A stretch of DNA of 64,000 bases from Octopus vulgaris (lineage: Eukaryota): NCBI GenBank assembly GCA_951406725.2, contig OX597831.1, positions 56,110,001-56,174,000 of the forward strand. The letters are read 5' to 3'. The translations under genes were made by a program, and so were the position numbers. Of the stretch, positions 1 to 13,728 are shown one piece after another (positions within the stretch are counted from its first letter, which is position 1; the number at the start of each line of letters is the position of its first letter). The notes beneath the pieces are model-generated. The model did no database searches. It had not been told where the DNA came from and worked only from the letters and a program-made list of their open reading frames with translations.

Positions 1-1429
1 TTTCGATAGGGGGGGGATATATATGTACACACACAAAAAAAGGGTTTCGAAAAACTTGTTTAGTGAGGGGATTTATGTACAGTGATGTAATCGTGAATTG
101 AAATATGTAAAAAGATAAAAGTTGGTTACGCATGCAATAAAGACGTGTTCTGTATTTTTCAATGAAAAAAGTTTTTAATGACTAAAATGAATGAAAAAAA
201 AAGATCATCACTGCAGTGTTTTATCTCGTAAGATTATTGAATTCTATTTGGGGTGGCTTCATTGTTAGTACAGAAAAAGGGGATGTGTTGGACATCATAA
301 TGATGTCAAACAGCATTCTATGAAATGTCAAATGTTTAAATGTCATTAAACAATGTTTATAAATAGAGTGAAAACTTAGTACTTTTAAAGAGTATCAAGT
401 CGCATTCTTGCTATACTGGCTGCAGATTTTGGATGCTCAATGTGAGTGAATAACATCCAGATTATTCAATACTGCAAAATATGGAAACAATTATATCTAT
501 CTTATTTTACTTGTTTCGGTCATTGGACTGCAACCATGCTGAGGTAGCATCTAGAAGAATTTAGTCAAACAAATCAACCCAAGTACATTTTTTTTTTGTT
601 TCAAATCTGGTACTTAATCTATTGGTCTCTTTTGCCAAACTGCTAAGTTATGGAGACATAAACACACCAATAGCAGCTGTCAAGTGGTCATTGGGCACAA
701 ACACCAAACGCACACATACACACACACAGAGGTTTCTTTCAATTTCTATTTTCCAAATCCACTCACAAAGCTTTGGTCTAGATACCTAGCTAGACAGACA
801 CACAGCTAGGTACATAGATGAGTCTACAGATATATCAATAGATACACAGATAGAGATATATATATTAATAGATATACAAATAGATAGGTAGCTGAACTGA
901 ACTGAAATGAAAATATTCTCATTTGGTAAATAACTTACACTGAGCCTTCATGGTGGTGGTAGTGGTTGGACAGCAAAAAAAAATGCAGTTTTATATATAT
1001 ATATATGAATACGGTTTTATCTTTTTAATTCATCTTTTATTTCTTTAAACTATAAAGCACATAATATCTGTCAAACATATTAAAAGCAGCAATGTCTTCT
1101 CAGTTCATTTTGATTATATTTAAAAGTACAGTTTTGATTTGAAATTTTTTGCTTGTATCTAAAACTCTGAGTTACATGGTGACATTTCCACAGATCTCAC
1201 AAGTTTTGTAATTATTTCATCAATGACCATCATTGTCATCAACATTTAACATCCATTTTCCATGTTAGCATGAGCTGGGTACTGGGTGCTTTTTACATGG
1301 CACCACCACCAATGCTCTTTATATGATACCAGCACCCATACCCATGCTTTTTATGTGGCACCTTGGTTTTAGGATTCCAATTAGATAATACATTTAACAA
1401 CAAATTAATAATATATACATATATACATA

Positions 1430-1828
1430 GGCGCAGGAGTGGCTGTGTGGTAAGTAGCTTGTTTGCCAACCACATGGTTCCAGGTTCAGTTCCACTGCGT
1501 GGCACCTTGGGCAAGTGTCTTCTGCTATAGCCTTGGGCCGACCAAAGCCTTGTGAGTGGAGTTGGTAGACGGAAACTGAAAGAAGCCCGTCGTATATATG
1601 TATATATATGTATGTGCGTGTATGTTTGTGTGTCTGTGTTTGTCCCCCTAGCATTGCTTGACAACCGATGCTGGTGTGTTTATGTCCCCGTCACTTAGCG
1701 GTTCAGCAAAAAGAAACCGATAGAATAAGTACTGGGCTTACAAAGAATAAGTCCCAGGGTCGAGTTGCTTGATTAAAGGAGGTGCTCCAGCATGGCCGCA
1801 GTCAAAATGACTGAAACAAGTAAAAGAG
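1430..1828 (+). mobile_element. tRNA-derived SINE, family A (octopus-type, CORE-like CCTTGGGCAAGT), full length
   Basis: Head GGCGCAGGAGTGGCTGTGTGGTAAG (A box)...GGTTCAGTTCC (B box), internal (TA)/(TG) tract, tail GAAACAAGTAAAAGAG. Near-identical copies occur elsewhere in the window. Confidence 0.9.
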
Positions 1829-3499
1829 AAAAAGAAAAGAAAGATACATGCATGTGTATATATCTATCTATTTATATAAACACACATGCGATAATTTGTC
1901 ATAATATACTTCTCTTGCTACTACTTCACCCCCACCCCAATCAGATAACCCCTGGCTCCTATTTGTATTTACATCCTTTTCTTACTATTCTACAGAGGCA
2001 GTCATGCTTTTGCACACTTGGATTAATCTTCAACATTTTCACAGCTTGATTTTTAGGCAGACTCATTCTTAGCTGAAGACTGGTCAGCCCTCCCTATTTA
2101 TTCTTATCTCTTCTCCTCATTGCTTTAATATTTCTTTGATATCTTCTGAGGTTCATACACTCTTTGGGGGTCGCCTTACTGTCTTTTAAGAGGCTGACCA
2201 TTACTTTGTTACATCCCACCATCTCTTTCATCTATGTATCTTCAGTCTTCTCACCTTTCTCCATTTTTTTTTTTTTTTTTTAGGTTTTTGTTCTTCTATA
2301 TATCAAGTGGAGGCACATGGCTTAATGGTTAGAGTGTTGGACTCACAATCATAAAATTGTGATTTCGATTCCTGGACTAGGTGATGCATTGTGTTCTTGA
2401 GCAAAACAGTTCACTTCATGTTGCTCCAGTCCACTCAGCTGTAGAAATGAGTACCACTAGTCTAGGCACATTGCTTAGTGGTTAGGATATTGGATTCATG
2501 ACCGTAAAATTGCGGTTTCAATCCTTGGACCAGGCAATTGAGAAAAACACTTCATTTCATGTTACCCCAGTCCACTCAGCTATAGAAATGAGTTTTGCCA
2601 GGAGAGGGAGGGGCTCCACAAGACTTTCTCACCCTAGATACATTGCATGGCTGTAGTACTCCAACAACTCCCAAGGGATTAAGGGACTTGTAAATATCAC
2701 TCTATTCATGCCCTCCCATACTTCTAACATATTATAGATAGTGTTCTTACTTTTAAGCCTTCTATTACCTACTCTATTACTCTCTTCCTCTACTGTGATG
2801 GGCTTTGTATTTACATTTTTTTTAATTACCTTCAACTGCCAAAATTTTATTTACTTCTAATGATGGTATAAGGTTCCCAACTATTTTTTTCATATGGACC
2901 CCTTTGTTTACTGTTTTATTCTGGTGGACCCCTATAGCTATTTGGTGTCTAAGAACTAATTTTATAGATAGTTCTTTCATATTCTGTTATTCACTCATTC
3001 CCTTATATAGGTTGAACTATGTACAATGTTAGAGAAAGAAACTAATCTGTTTCTTGCAATACATATATGGATGCTTAAAATACTACTGTGGATCTCCAAT
3101 TTAATATTTTGCTATTTAGTATTTTGGCTCCCCACAGAATCTTATATGAACCCCAGTTCAAAATCACTGGTGTAAGTGCTATTATAATTTTAATTTGTGT
3201 TATTGGCATATGCATTCACTAACCCCAATTTACATCATGTATATGTATAAACAATGTATAATACTACACTTACTGATCAACAAGGCCCAGAAACAGCTAT
3301 TAAGAATTTCCCAGATTCTCCTCTCCTTTACCTGTGAGGTTAGAGTAAGAACACTCTGGATATTTACCTGTCTATGGACAAATACAACAAACTTACATTC
3401 TCCTGATTTTCCAGTTAATCTACCTAATTATATTTATACTGTTGTGTCTGGGAAGAGTCATTCTCTTTTAGTGCCTTATAATTTAACACACTCCAGTTT

Positions 3500-4330
3500 T
3501 GTCACACAACATGAAAATTAACATACTGATAGCAGACTTAGTTAGAATAATGAACAACATGTCCCCACTATGCAAACCTCACGAAACGAAGAAACGTGTA
3601 CAGAACTTCATGCATCGCATGCAATTCTCTGGATATGATCAAAAAGATAGGGTTCGAGTATACAGGGGTGCTAGAAAGAAGTTAGATAACATTATGTGTA
3701 ATGATACCAGTGGTACCTGCCCTAGATATAGAAACAAAGACTGGAATAAGATACAAAGAACTTGTGATATAAAGCAAACAGGGTGGTCATGTGGTATAAA
3801 ACCGACAAATATCAAGGAGTGATGTTTGTAGAGGCCACAGCCCATGGAGTACTAGCCCATAGATTTAGGAAAGCTCTGAAGGAAACCAAACTTAACATTA
3901 AGATTGTTGAAAAGCCAAGGAACTCCATCAGATCACAACTATGTAGGACGTACCCCTTTGAGAATACCATATGCACCAATGATAACTGCATGGGACATAG
4001 GATTAGCCCTGGCATTAACTGTAGAACTAGAAATGTAGTTTACAGCATAAGATGCATAGAAGATGCTTGTAAAGACATGAACATCACATACACAGGGGAG
4101 ACATCTAGGAGCATTGTGGAATGACTAAATGAACATTTGAGACAATATGACGACAAAAAACAGTCCTCCATACTCTAACAACATGCCAAGGACCAACATG
4201 GAGGCAACCTGGGTCAACTTGACATCTGCATTTTATCCAAGCACCCAAAGGACCCAACACTCAGACACATACAGGACTACATCCTCATAAAAGAAACATC
4301 CCCAGTACTAAATAGGAAATATACGTAGTA
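3500..4330 (+). mobile_element. Penelope-like element, degraded RT C-terminus and GIY-YIG endonuclease
   Basis: ORFs 3499-3822 and 3783-4124 give C..C...CRTRNVVYSIRC...C...YTGETSRSIVE*LNEH, the PLE GIY-YIG signature, with a frameshift and stops. Confidence 0.88.
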
Positions 4331-4379
4331 GATATCATACACCCATACCCACAGGTAGAGTAGAATAGTTAGTAGGCTG

Positions 4380-4920
4380 TTATGTAGATAGATGTGTGTG
4401 TAAGTGTGGGTGTGTGTATATATGTATATGTATATGCACATACATGTAGACATGGATATGAATGCAAACAGATAGACATACAGACGGATAGGTACATAGG
4501 TAATATGAACAAGCACACACACACACATACACAATTGCAGACTGAAACGCATGACCATATACACACACACACACTTCACACAAGGACACATATGGAGACA
4601 CACGTCCACACATATGGAGATACACACCCATACAAACACAGTACATAGTTGCAAAAAAACCATACACACACACACACTCAGACATGCACATACAAGGAGA
4701 CAGAGCTGTACACACACACACACACACATAAAAACACTCAGACACACAAACACATGAATACACAGGCAGAATACATACATACAAATGTACACACAATCAT
4801 ACATATATACATATGCACACACACACATGTACATGCATGAATACACACACATTCATGTACATACATACATACATGTGTATGCACACACACACACACACAC
4901 TGACCCACACTCATGCACAA
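4380..4920. repeat. Degenerate (CA)n/(TA)n low-complexity tract
   Basis: Directly visible. Source of the HT/CV ORFs. Confidence 0.95.
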
Positions 4921-5209
4921 ACAAAAAAAAGAATGCAGCTTCAATAATGGACAGAGTCAAAAACTATTGTAAGGGTTGCAAGATGCAATGAAAATTTTAG
5001 AAAAATTAATGAGTAAATGAGTGGAAATTTTACTGGTGAGTGTGTTAAATTACAAGGCACTAAAAGAGAATGACTCCCCACAGGCACAACAGAATATACT
5101 TCAATACATGAACTCACATAAAGAATCTTGCAAACCAAACCAAATCCAAGAACGAAATATATTTATACCCACTACTATATAACTGTTTTATAAATACTTT
5201 GATATAAAT

Positions 5210-5268
5210 ATATATTTGTATGTATGTATATATGTATTTATGTGCATATATATATATATATATATATG

Positions 5269-5323
<55 letters not shown>

Positions 5324-5362
5324 ATATATATATATATATGTGTGTGTATATATATATATATA

Positions 5363-5395
<33 letters not shown>

Positions 5396-5397
5396 GT
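5210..5397. repeat. (TA)n/(TG)n microsatellite (others at 6262-6350, 6492-6680, 7441-7662, 9805-9848, 14365-14412, 15302-15357)
   Basis: Directly visible. Confidence 0.97.
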
Positions 5398-6260
5398 ATC
5401 ATCATCAGCATCATCAGCATTTAGCGTCCGCTTTCCATGCTAGCATGGGTTGGACGGTTCAACTGGGGTCTGTGAAGCCAGAAGGCTGCATCAGGCCCAG
5501 TCTGATCTGGCAGTGTTTCTACGGCTGGATGCCCTTCCTAACGCCAACCACTCCGTGAGTGTAGTGGGTGCTTTTTACGTGCCACCTGCACAGATGCCAG
5601 ACGGAGCTGGCAAACGGCCACGGACGGATGGTGCTTTTTACGTGCCACCGGCACGGGGGCCAGGCTAAGCTGGCAACGACCACGATCGGATGGTGTTTTT
5701 TACGTGCCACCGGCACAGGGGCCAGGCGAGGCTGGCAACGGCCACGAACGGATGGTGCTTTTTACGTGCCACCGGCAAGTGGGCCAGTCGGGGCGGCGCT
5801 GGCAACGGCCACGATCGGATGGTTCACTTACTTGTCACCGGCACTGGTATCACAGCTGCAATTTCCATTGATGTTCATCGACTTCAATTTTGGTTCTGCT
5901 TTCTGATATCTGATTTGATTTGGTTTGATTTTGATTTTGATTTTGATTTTCACTTGCCTCAACAGGTCTTCACAAGCAGAGTTTTGTGTCCCAAGAAGGA
6001 AAGGTATGTATAAGTCGACTAGCTACATACCAGGTAGAGGCCACGGGTTATGGTCTCACTAGTCTTGCCGGGTCTTCTCACGCACAGCATAATTCTATAG
6101 GTCTCGGTCTCTAGTCATTTCCTCAGTGAGACCTAAAGTTCGAAGGTCGTGCTTCACCACCTTGTCCCAGGTTTTCCTGGGTCTACCTCTTCCACAGGTT
6201 CCCTCAACTGCTAGGGTGTGGCACTTTTGCACACAACTATCTTCAGCCATTCTCGTCACA
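5398..6260 (-). mobile_element. RTE-clade LINE 3' end: ORF C-terminus, 3' UTR with ~60-bp tandem units, (ATG)n tail
   Basis: Minus strand encodes VEGTCGRGRPRKTWDKVVKHDLRTLGLTEEMTRDRD. Units GGTGCTTTTTACGTGCCACC...CTGGCAACGGCCACG repeat at 5566-5820. Further 3'-end copies at ~9850-10100, 10823-11250, 20280-20490, 30560-30740, 35905-36100, 37848-37915, 41335-41630, 47056-47316, 51850-52100, 54540-54680, 60425-60700 and 62735-62910. Confidence 0.85.
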
Positions 6261-6502
6261 TGTGTATATATATATGTATATATATATGGGTATATATATA
6301 TATATATGTATATATATGTGTATATATATACATATGTATGTATATATATATGTATCTTTCTGTTGAAGAGCGTAGGCTCGAAACGTTAAAGACTTGTTTT
6401 ATTTATATTTCCTGAGCACCACACTAATACAATTGTTTGTTTGTTTTCCACCTGCCTTCGTCTTTTGTCTATTTTCATAAAGCTTCCCGTTATATATATA
6501 TG

Positions 6503-6534
<32 letters not shown>

Positions 6535-6680
6535 TATATATGTGTGTATGTATATATTTATATGTATACATATATGTGTATATATATACATATGTATATA
6601 TATATATATACGTATATATATATATGCGTGTATATATATATATTTATGTGTGTATGTATATATTTATATGTATATATATA

Positions 6681-7439
6681 CAGTGGGGGGAAATAAATAT
6701 TCGTACATGTCAAAATACTTTATTTAATTTCTAATGAACATAAATGGGATATACCAATACTATATATGCATACACATGCATAACCTAAGAATATGCAAAA
6801 GAAACTAATAAATTATAGTAACTAATAAATTTATATACAATTATAAATATTTAGGGGTGAAAAAAGTATTTGTACAGAATAAATTTATGATTTTTTATGC
6901 CACAAAACACTGTTAAAATAATTTTTTTTTTACTAGAATTTTCTCGTTTGTTCCAATAATCTTATCAGTTGTCATTTTTAAGTGTCAAAACACTAGCTTC
7001 TTCATTCAGCATTGAGACAACATAAAGTAGTATCGTAATAATGGCGAAAAGTAAAGAACTCACAAATTCAGTGAAAAACTTAATTATTGAACAGTGGAAA
7101 GCAGGTAAAAGTTACAGGAAAATATCAAAGACCCTTTGTATTCCATTTTCTACCACATCTTCATTTATTCAAAGATATTAAAAAATCGGGAACTGTTGAA
7201 AACAGAATACGATCAGGTGCACCACACAAGATTTCCCCTAGATCTTTAATAAAAATGAAGCGAAGAATCGAAAAAAATGCAATGATCACCAGAAAGGAGT
7301 TGCAAGAAGATTTGTTAGCTTCAGGGACTAGTGTTACACTACGAACAATTAGCAATGAACTTCATAGGAATGAACTGAAATCACTCTCTCCTAGAAAAAC
7401 TCCGCTGTTGACTAAAAGGCATAGAGATGCCCATTTAAA

Positions 7440-7440
<1 letters not shown>
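6681..7440 (+). mobile_element. Tc1-family DNA transposon, left end and frameshifted transposase N-terminus
   Basis: TA|CAGTGGGGGGAAATAAATATTCGTAC terminus with an inner direct repeat at ~6853. ATG 7041 [32 protein letters not shown] continues after a frameshift as [19 protein letters not shown]...[10 protein letters not shown]...[10 protein letters not shown]. Truncated at (TA)n. Confidence 0.9.
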
Positions 7441-7475
<35 letters not shown>

Positions 7476-7535
7476 ATATATACATGTATATATGTGTGTG
7501 TATATATATATATATATATACACATACATATGTAC

Positions 7536-7602
<67 letters not shown>

Positions 7603-7614
7603 GTATATACATGC

Positions 7615-7666
<52 letters not shown>

Positions 7667-7940
7667 CAAAGAAATTCAACACTGTCTGTTTTTATCTTTT
7701 ATTTATATTCTTTATAATATTAATGTAGAATATACAATATATATATATAGTAAAATGAAATGAAGTATTGATTGTCTTATTCAATAGATGAACTATTTAA
7801 TATAAAATATTAAAGGACTAGTATACTTTCTTGCATTATAGAAGTCTTCAAGGTCCCAGGTTGTGAAAGGAGTGTGCAGTCACAACGTGGGACCTTGAAG
7901 ACTGCATATATGGGTACAGGATGTCACCAACAGTGCACAA

Positions 7941-8808
7941 AGTCTGATAAATAAGTATCCTGACTGTTGCCATAGTAACAAAGCTAAAGCACGCAGAGTG
8001 AAGCCACTAGGCAAAGATTGACCTTGACCTCTGCTGTGCATGTGCACTAAGTTTTAACATTCTAGCTTACTTCCGCTGTTTACAGCAGTGCTTCGAAGTA
8101 ATGTGTGATAGTTGCATTGGCCATGACAAAGAAAGTTGTTATGGCGATACCTGCTCAGAAGCCTATGCAAAGTTGCAGAAAGTGAATGGAAAGGAGTGTA
8201 TGAGCCGTGTACAAATGGTTCAAACATTTCCAAGATGGCCGAAAAATGTCGATAGAGACAAACATTCTGGGAGACCTACAACCAGCGGAACTGAGAATAA
8301 CATTGTAGATATGCATGCAGCTGTGATGAGAAATCATCTAATCACCATCCGTGAGTTATCAGAGGATGTGCAGATTAGTTACAGTTCAGTTCAGTCCATT
8401 ATCACTGAAGATTTGAGTATGAGATGCATTTCCGCCAAATTTGTGCCAAAACTGCTTTCAGCTGACCAGAAAGACACTCAGGTTTCAGTTGCACAAAATC
8501 TCCTTGATTGTATTGTGAAGAAAACTTTTTGGAAACTTTGCATAGGCCTCTGAGCAGCTATTACTAAGCTTTTGGCAAAACTTGACACAGATTCTCTGCT
8601 CAACTTTCTCTGCCGTGGTCAATGCAACAAACACATGCTACACACCTTCCTTCTAAGCACTGCTGTAAACAACATAAGTGAGCTAGAACATTAAAACTTA
8701 GTGCACATGCACAACAGAGTTCAAGGTCAATCTGTGCCAAGTGGCTTCACTCTGTGTGCTTTAGCTTCGTTACTATGGTAACAGTTCAGATATTTAGTGA
8801 TTAGACCA
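7941..8808 (+). mobile_element. Internally deleted mariner element with ~150-bp TIRs
   Basis: 7941-8093 is inverted at 8654-8808. Internal ORF 8101-8553 has SGRP...ITIRELSEDVQISYSSVQSIITEDLSMRCISAKFVPKLLS (mariner HTH and WVPHEL-like linker). Confidence 0.88.
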
Positions 8809-8812
8809 TGTA

Positions 8813-9025
8813 TATGAGGGTGTACTGAAAAGTTCCTGGCTTTAAGGGCATTGCAAAAGGCCTGGTTGGAGGTCCAACCTTCTGAGTTCTTTTACAAGGC
8901 TTAGAAAAACTGAAGCACCACTGCAATAGGGGTGGGAATCAGAGAGGGGAATATTTTGAATACGATCATAATTAACTGATCCTCCTGCATTTTCTTTACC
9001 CAAAGCCAAGAACTTTTCAGCACCG
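8813..9025. mobile_element. Mariner-derived MITE
   Basis: GGTGTACTGAAAAGTTCCTGGCTT is inverted as AAGCCAAGAACTTTTCAGCACC about 190 bp downstream. Confidence 0.7.
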
Positions 9026-9224
9026 ACACTCCTACTCCACCCAAAATAACACAAATAGGTTAGACCTTGTGAACTTTTGACCCATTTGTGCTCTTATTTT
9101 ATGCAAATATCATACCTGGAGCTTTCCCAATGTTGGATCTGGAACTTGCATTGGATCATGAACGAACATGCATGTGTGCATGGGTATATATATTTGCATG
9201 TGTATGTATACATGTATAGATGTA

Positions 9225-9626
9225 TATACTCTCTACTCTTTTACTGGTTTCAGTCATTTGACTGTGGCCATGCTGGAGCACCGCCTTTAGTCGAGCAAAT
9301 CGACCCCAGGTCTTATTCTTTGTAAGCCTTATTCTATCGGTCTCTTTTTGCCGAACCGCTAAGTAACGGAGACGTAAACACACCAGCATCGGTTGTCAAG
9401 CGATGTTGGGGGGGACAAACACAGACAGACAAACACATAAACATATATATATATACATATATATGACAGGCTTCTTTTCAGTTTCCGTCTACCAAATCCA
9501 CTCACAAGGCTTTGGTTGGCCCGAGGCTATAGTAGAAGACACTTGCCCATGGTGCCACGCAGTGGGACTGAACCCAGAACCATGTGGTTGGTAAGCAAGC
9601 TACTTACCACACAGCCAATCCTGCGC
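9225..9626 (-). mobile_element. SINE family A, full length
   Basis: Reverse complement of the 1430-1828 element. Confidence 0.9.
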
Positions 9627-9802
9627 ATACATATATATATGTAAATGTAAGAATATATTCATAAACGCACATGTATGTGTAGATGTACATGTACATCTGG
9701 TATATACATGTATGTGCACTGAATTCGACTCTTTCCTGGTGTCCTGAATGTTAAAATACCTTGATTCAAATGAATCTTATAATGAATTAATAATAATAAT
9801 AA

Positions 9803-9850
<48 letters not shown>

Positions 9851-10284
9851 TCATCATCATCATTTAATGTCTGTTTTCCATGCTGGCATGGGTTGGACAG
9901 TTTCACAAGAGCTGGTCAGTTGAAGAGCTGCCCACGTTCCATTTCTGTTTTGGCATGATTTCTACAGTTGGATGCCCTTCCTAACACCAACCACTTTTCA
10001 GAGTGTGCTAGGTGCTTTTGCACAGAACCAGCATGTGTGCATTTATGTGGTACTAGTATGTGTGCTTTTTACATAGCACCAGAACCCACGAGCCTGCAAG
10101 ATTAGAAATGGTCAGTCAGAGAGGGATGCAGGGAACATGTCTGTATGCAAGGACAGCCATGCTTTTACTTAGCTTGTGTCTTTTCAAGAATGCCAAACTG
10201 TACACGTACACACATTTATGAATATATCCAGACAGATTGATAGACAGACAGGCAGATAAATAGATAAACAGATAGATAACAGAC

Positions 10285-12160
10285 AGATATGTTTCTTTAT
10301 TGGCCACACAGGGCTGAACACAGAGGGGACAAAATACAAAGTAGAGTTTTTCTTTTTGGGAAGGAAACAAAAAAAAAGGAGGGGGTAGAATTTCGATCAA
10401 AAGGGATTGTGGTAAAAAAAAAAAACCATCAATAGGGATCATGTATCACTGAAGTGTCATAGTGTAAAATGGGAAACAGATTAGGTTTATCCGTGGAAAG
10501 AAAAGCCTACAGAAAAGACCACAGTAACCTCAGGCAATAATGTCATGCAAAAAAACACATTACAGTAAGTTACTCTCTTTTTTCCTTTCTTTTTCTGGTT
10601 CATAGAACTATGCTCAAGGTGGGTCTGTCATTCACACATGCCATCCTTGCTACATTCACCCATTTTTTTTTAAACATTCACTAGACAAAACTTCCCTCTC
10701 TACTCTCACCTTCCTCTTTAAGTTATACTTAAAGAAGTTAATGGGAGATTGACCAGAGAGGAAAGTGTTTGTCTCTAGACCTTTTAGACACATCTACCAT
10801 ACACATTCTTTTGCCATAGCCACATCATCATCATCATTTAACGTCTGTTTTCCATGCTAGCATGGGTTGGACGATTTTGACTGAGGGCTGGCAACCAGAT
10901 GGCTGCACCAGGCTCCAGTCTTGATCTGGCAGAGTTTCTACAGCTTGATGCCCTTCCTAACGCCAACCACTCCGAGAGTGTAGTGGGTGCTTTTTATGTG
11001 CCACCTGCACAGGGGCCAGTTAGGCGGTACTGGCAATGACCTCGCTCAAATCTTTTTACACGTGCCACCAGCACAGGTGCCAGTGAAGTGACGTTGGTAA
11101 CGATCATGCTCGAATGGTGCCCTTTTACATGCCATGGGTATGGAAGCCAGTTGGCTGCTCTGGCAACGATCACGCTCAGATGGTATTCTTGGCACCTTAC
11201 TAGCACAGGCATAAGTGGTAACGATCATACTCGAATAGCCGCTCTGTCAATGATCACACTTGCACCCTGCTGATGAAAAAGGCTTTTCCTTCCCATTTCA
11301 AGGAAGGAGGCACGACAATATTCTCGATAGACTTGGTTGATAAACTAACTTGTCCCACATGTGATAGCAGCCGTTCGACATAGGTCCACAGGTCAGAAAT
11401 GGTTGGACACTGTATGAGTGCATGCAGGACGGTTTCATCGCTCTGACTGCATCTCAGCCCCATGTTTCTCGAGCCATGCCTGTAGAGCTTATTCCAAATG
11501 AGTAGCGCTTCTCAACAGCACTGCCAGGCCAGGGATCCCTGGAAGTTGTCCATAGGTCCAGGCCCAAAAGTCATCTTGAACAAGCAGGTCAGGTATTCTT
11601 CGTCGATGCCCAGGTTTGACCCGAGATCTTCATCATACCTCCCCTCCACTAATCCCCCATAGAATGCTTGGGTTGTGTTGAAGTTGCTCAAGGTCGACCC
11701 GGGACAGCATAGTTGCTTCAGAGCAACGTGACATTCATGGTACCATTTGCCCTTCCTCAGCCTCTTTTTGATCCACAACTGCAGTTCAGTCATGGAGACG
11801 AGCTGCGGGAAAGCATGCCTTACAAACGGCGACAACACCTGTTCACTGTCGTCTGCATAGAGCTGGAGATGTCACAGTCTCAGCGCATGTCTGCACATCA
11901 TCAACCACAAATACCCAGCCCTCCTTTTAATGGGTGTTGGCAGCAAATGGATCACCTGACCATCAGAACGCATCCTTTCCACAAGAATCGGAAGAGAATG
12001 CGCTCTAGTTTGGTGATGGTAAGGTCAGGACAAGGCACAAAGGTCAGACAGTAGATGACGGAAGCAATTTACGTGATCGCCACCTCTGCCCGACCTTTCA
12101 GAGACAGCTTCCTCTCGGCCCATTGCCAGGCGAGAGTGACCAGCCTACTCGTTCCAGTTC
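10285..12160 (-). mobile_element. Tx1/L1-like LINE, 5'-truncated, interrupted by an RTE 3' end (10823-11250)
   Basis: Minus-strand ORF pieces include CSQSDETVLHALIQCPTISDLW (zf-RVT-like CCHC knuckle). The 3' end AATAAAGAAACATATCT runs into (TCTA)n. A second 3'-end copy lies at 12296-12384. Confidence 0.8.
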
Positions 12161-12164
12161 TTCA

Positions 12165-12830
<666 letters not shown>

Positions 12831-13728
12831 GTGTATATGTATATATACACACTTATACTTCCATACTTAAATACGTTCATATAACTACACACACAGGCAT
12901 GCATTGGAAACATAACGATAGTGGTGGGGTGGAGTGAGAGATGGAAGAGAGTAAAATAGAAAGAAAAATGAGTTGATCTCTCGTCAAACAATGCATTAAA
13001 GCTTCCTAACATTTAAAGTTTTGACTATACACACATGAAACAGATGTTAATATGTTTGGAGAGAAGTATCAAGAGTTATGTCGGATATTTTTGAACCAAA
13101 CAAACAAACAAACAAAAAAGCATCGGTGAAACTAACATTGTTTTGAAAATAAATTTATGTCAGAAAGAAAAAGGAAAATCTAGAAATTAAAACTAGTAAT
13201 ACGAAATATTTCATAATTGTCCAAACTAAGAAGGATAGTAAACAAGAATTAGATGCTCTGTATGCTATTATGGGGATTTTTATTTTTAATAACAATGATA
13301 ATACTAATAAAAACAGGGTGGATGATGATTCTAGAATGATCTGAAATCGATATGAATAGCATATTAAAAGTAATATTGTTGTTTTTAGTTGGAAATCGAA
13401 TAATTTTAGACTTTTGAATATGTTTAAGTTCTATCCGACTAACACGAAGTACGAACATCAATGAAAATATCTGATGGTTCGTTCAGACTCTTCGCATAGC
13501 TGTGAGGTGCAGATTTTATCAAAGAACAAAAGGAATGGTATTTTGGTAATACATTAATAAAGAACGAAAAATGTATTATTATTATTACACATTGTGCCCT
13601 TAAGAAATATGTTGTGAGATGATGTAGAAGTTAGTGCGTCATAATTAGGGAAAATAACTACCAAAATTAAAAATAAATAAAGATAAAAAATATAAAGTTT
13701 CTCAATGCAAAAATATTTTCAGACTCAC

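Noticed and set aside
1293-1664. Recurrent ORFs such as MSSNARGTNTDTQ / MLGGQTQTHKH (also at 9403, 26761, 59114, 60012)
   Set aside because: Antisense translations of SINE family A, not a gene family.
5566-5820. CRISPR-like repeat-spacer pattern
   Set aside because: The 'spacers' are similar to one another, the context is eukaryotic and there are no cas genes. It is a tandem repeat in a LINE 3' UTR.
4277-7717. Many 60-213 aa ORFs rich in YI/CV/HT
   Set aside because: They are translations of TA/CA microsatellites. Only the Tc1 part of 7087-7440 is real coding remnant.
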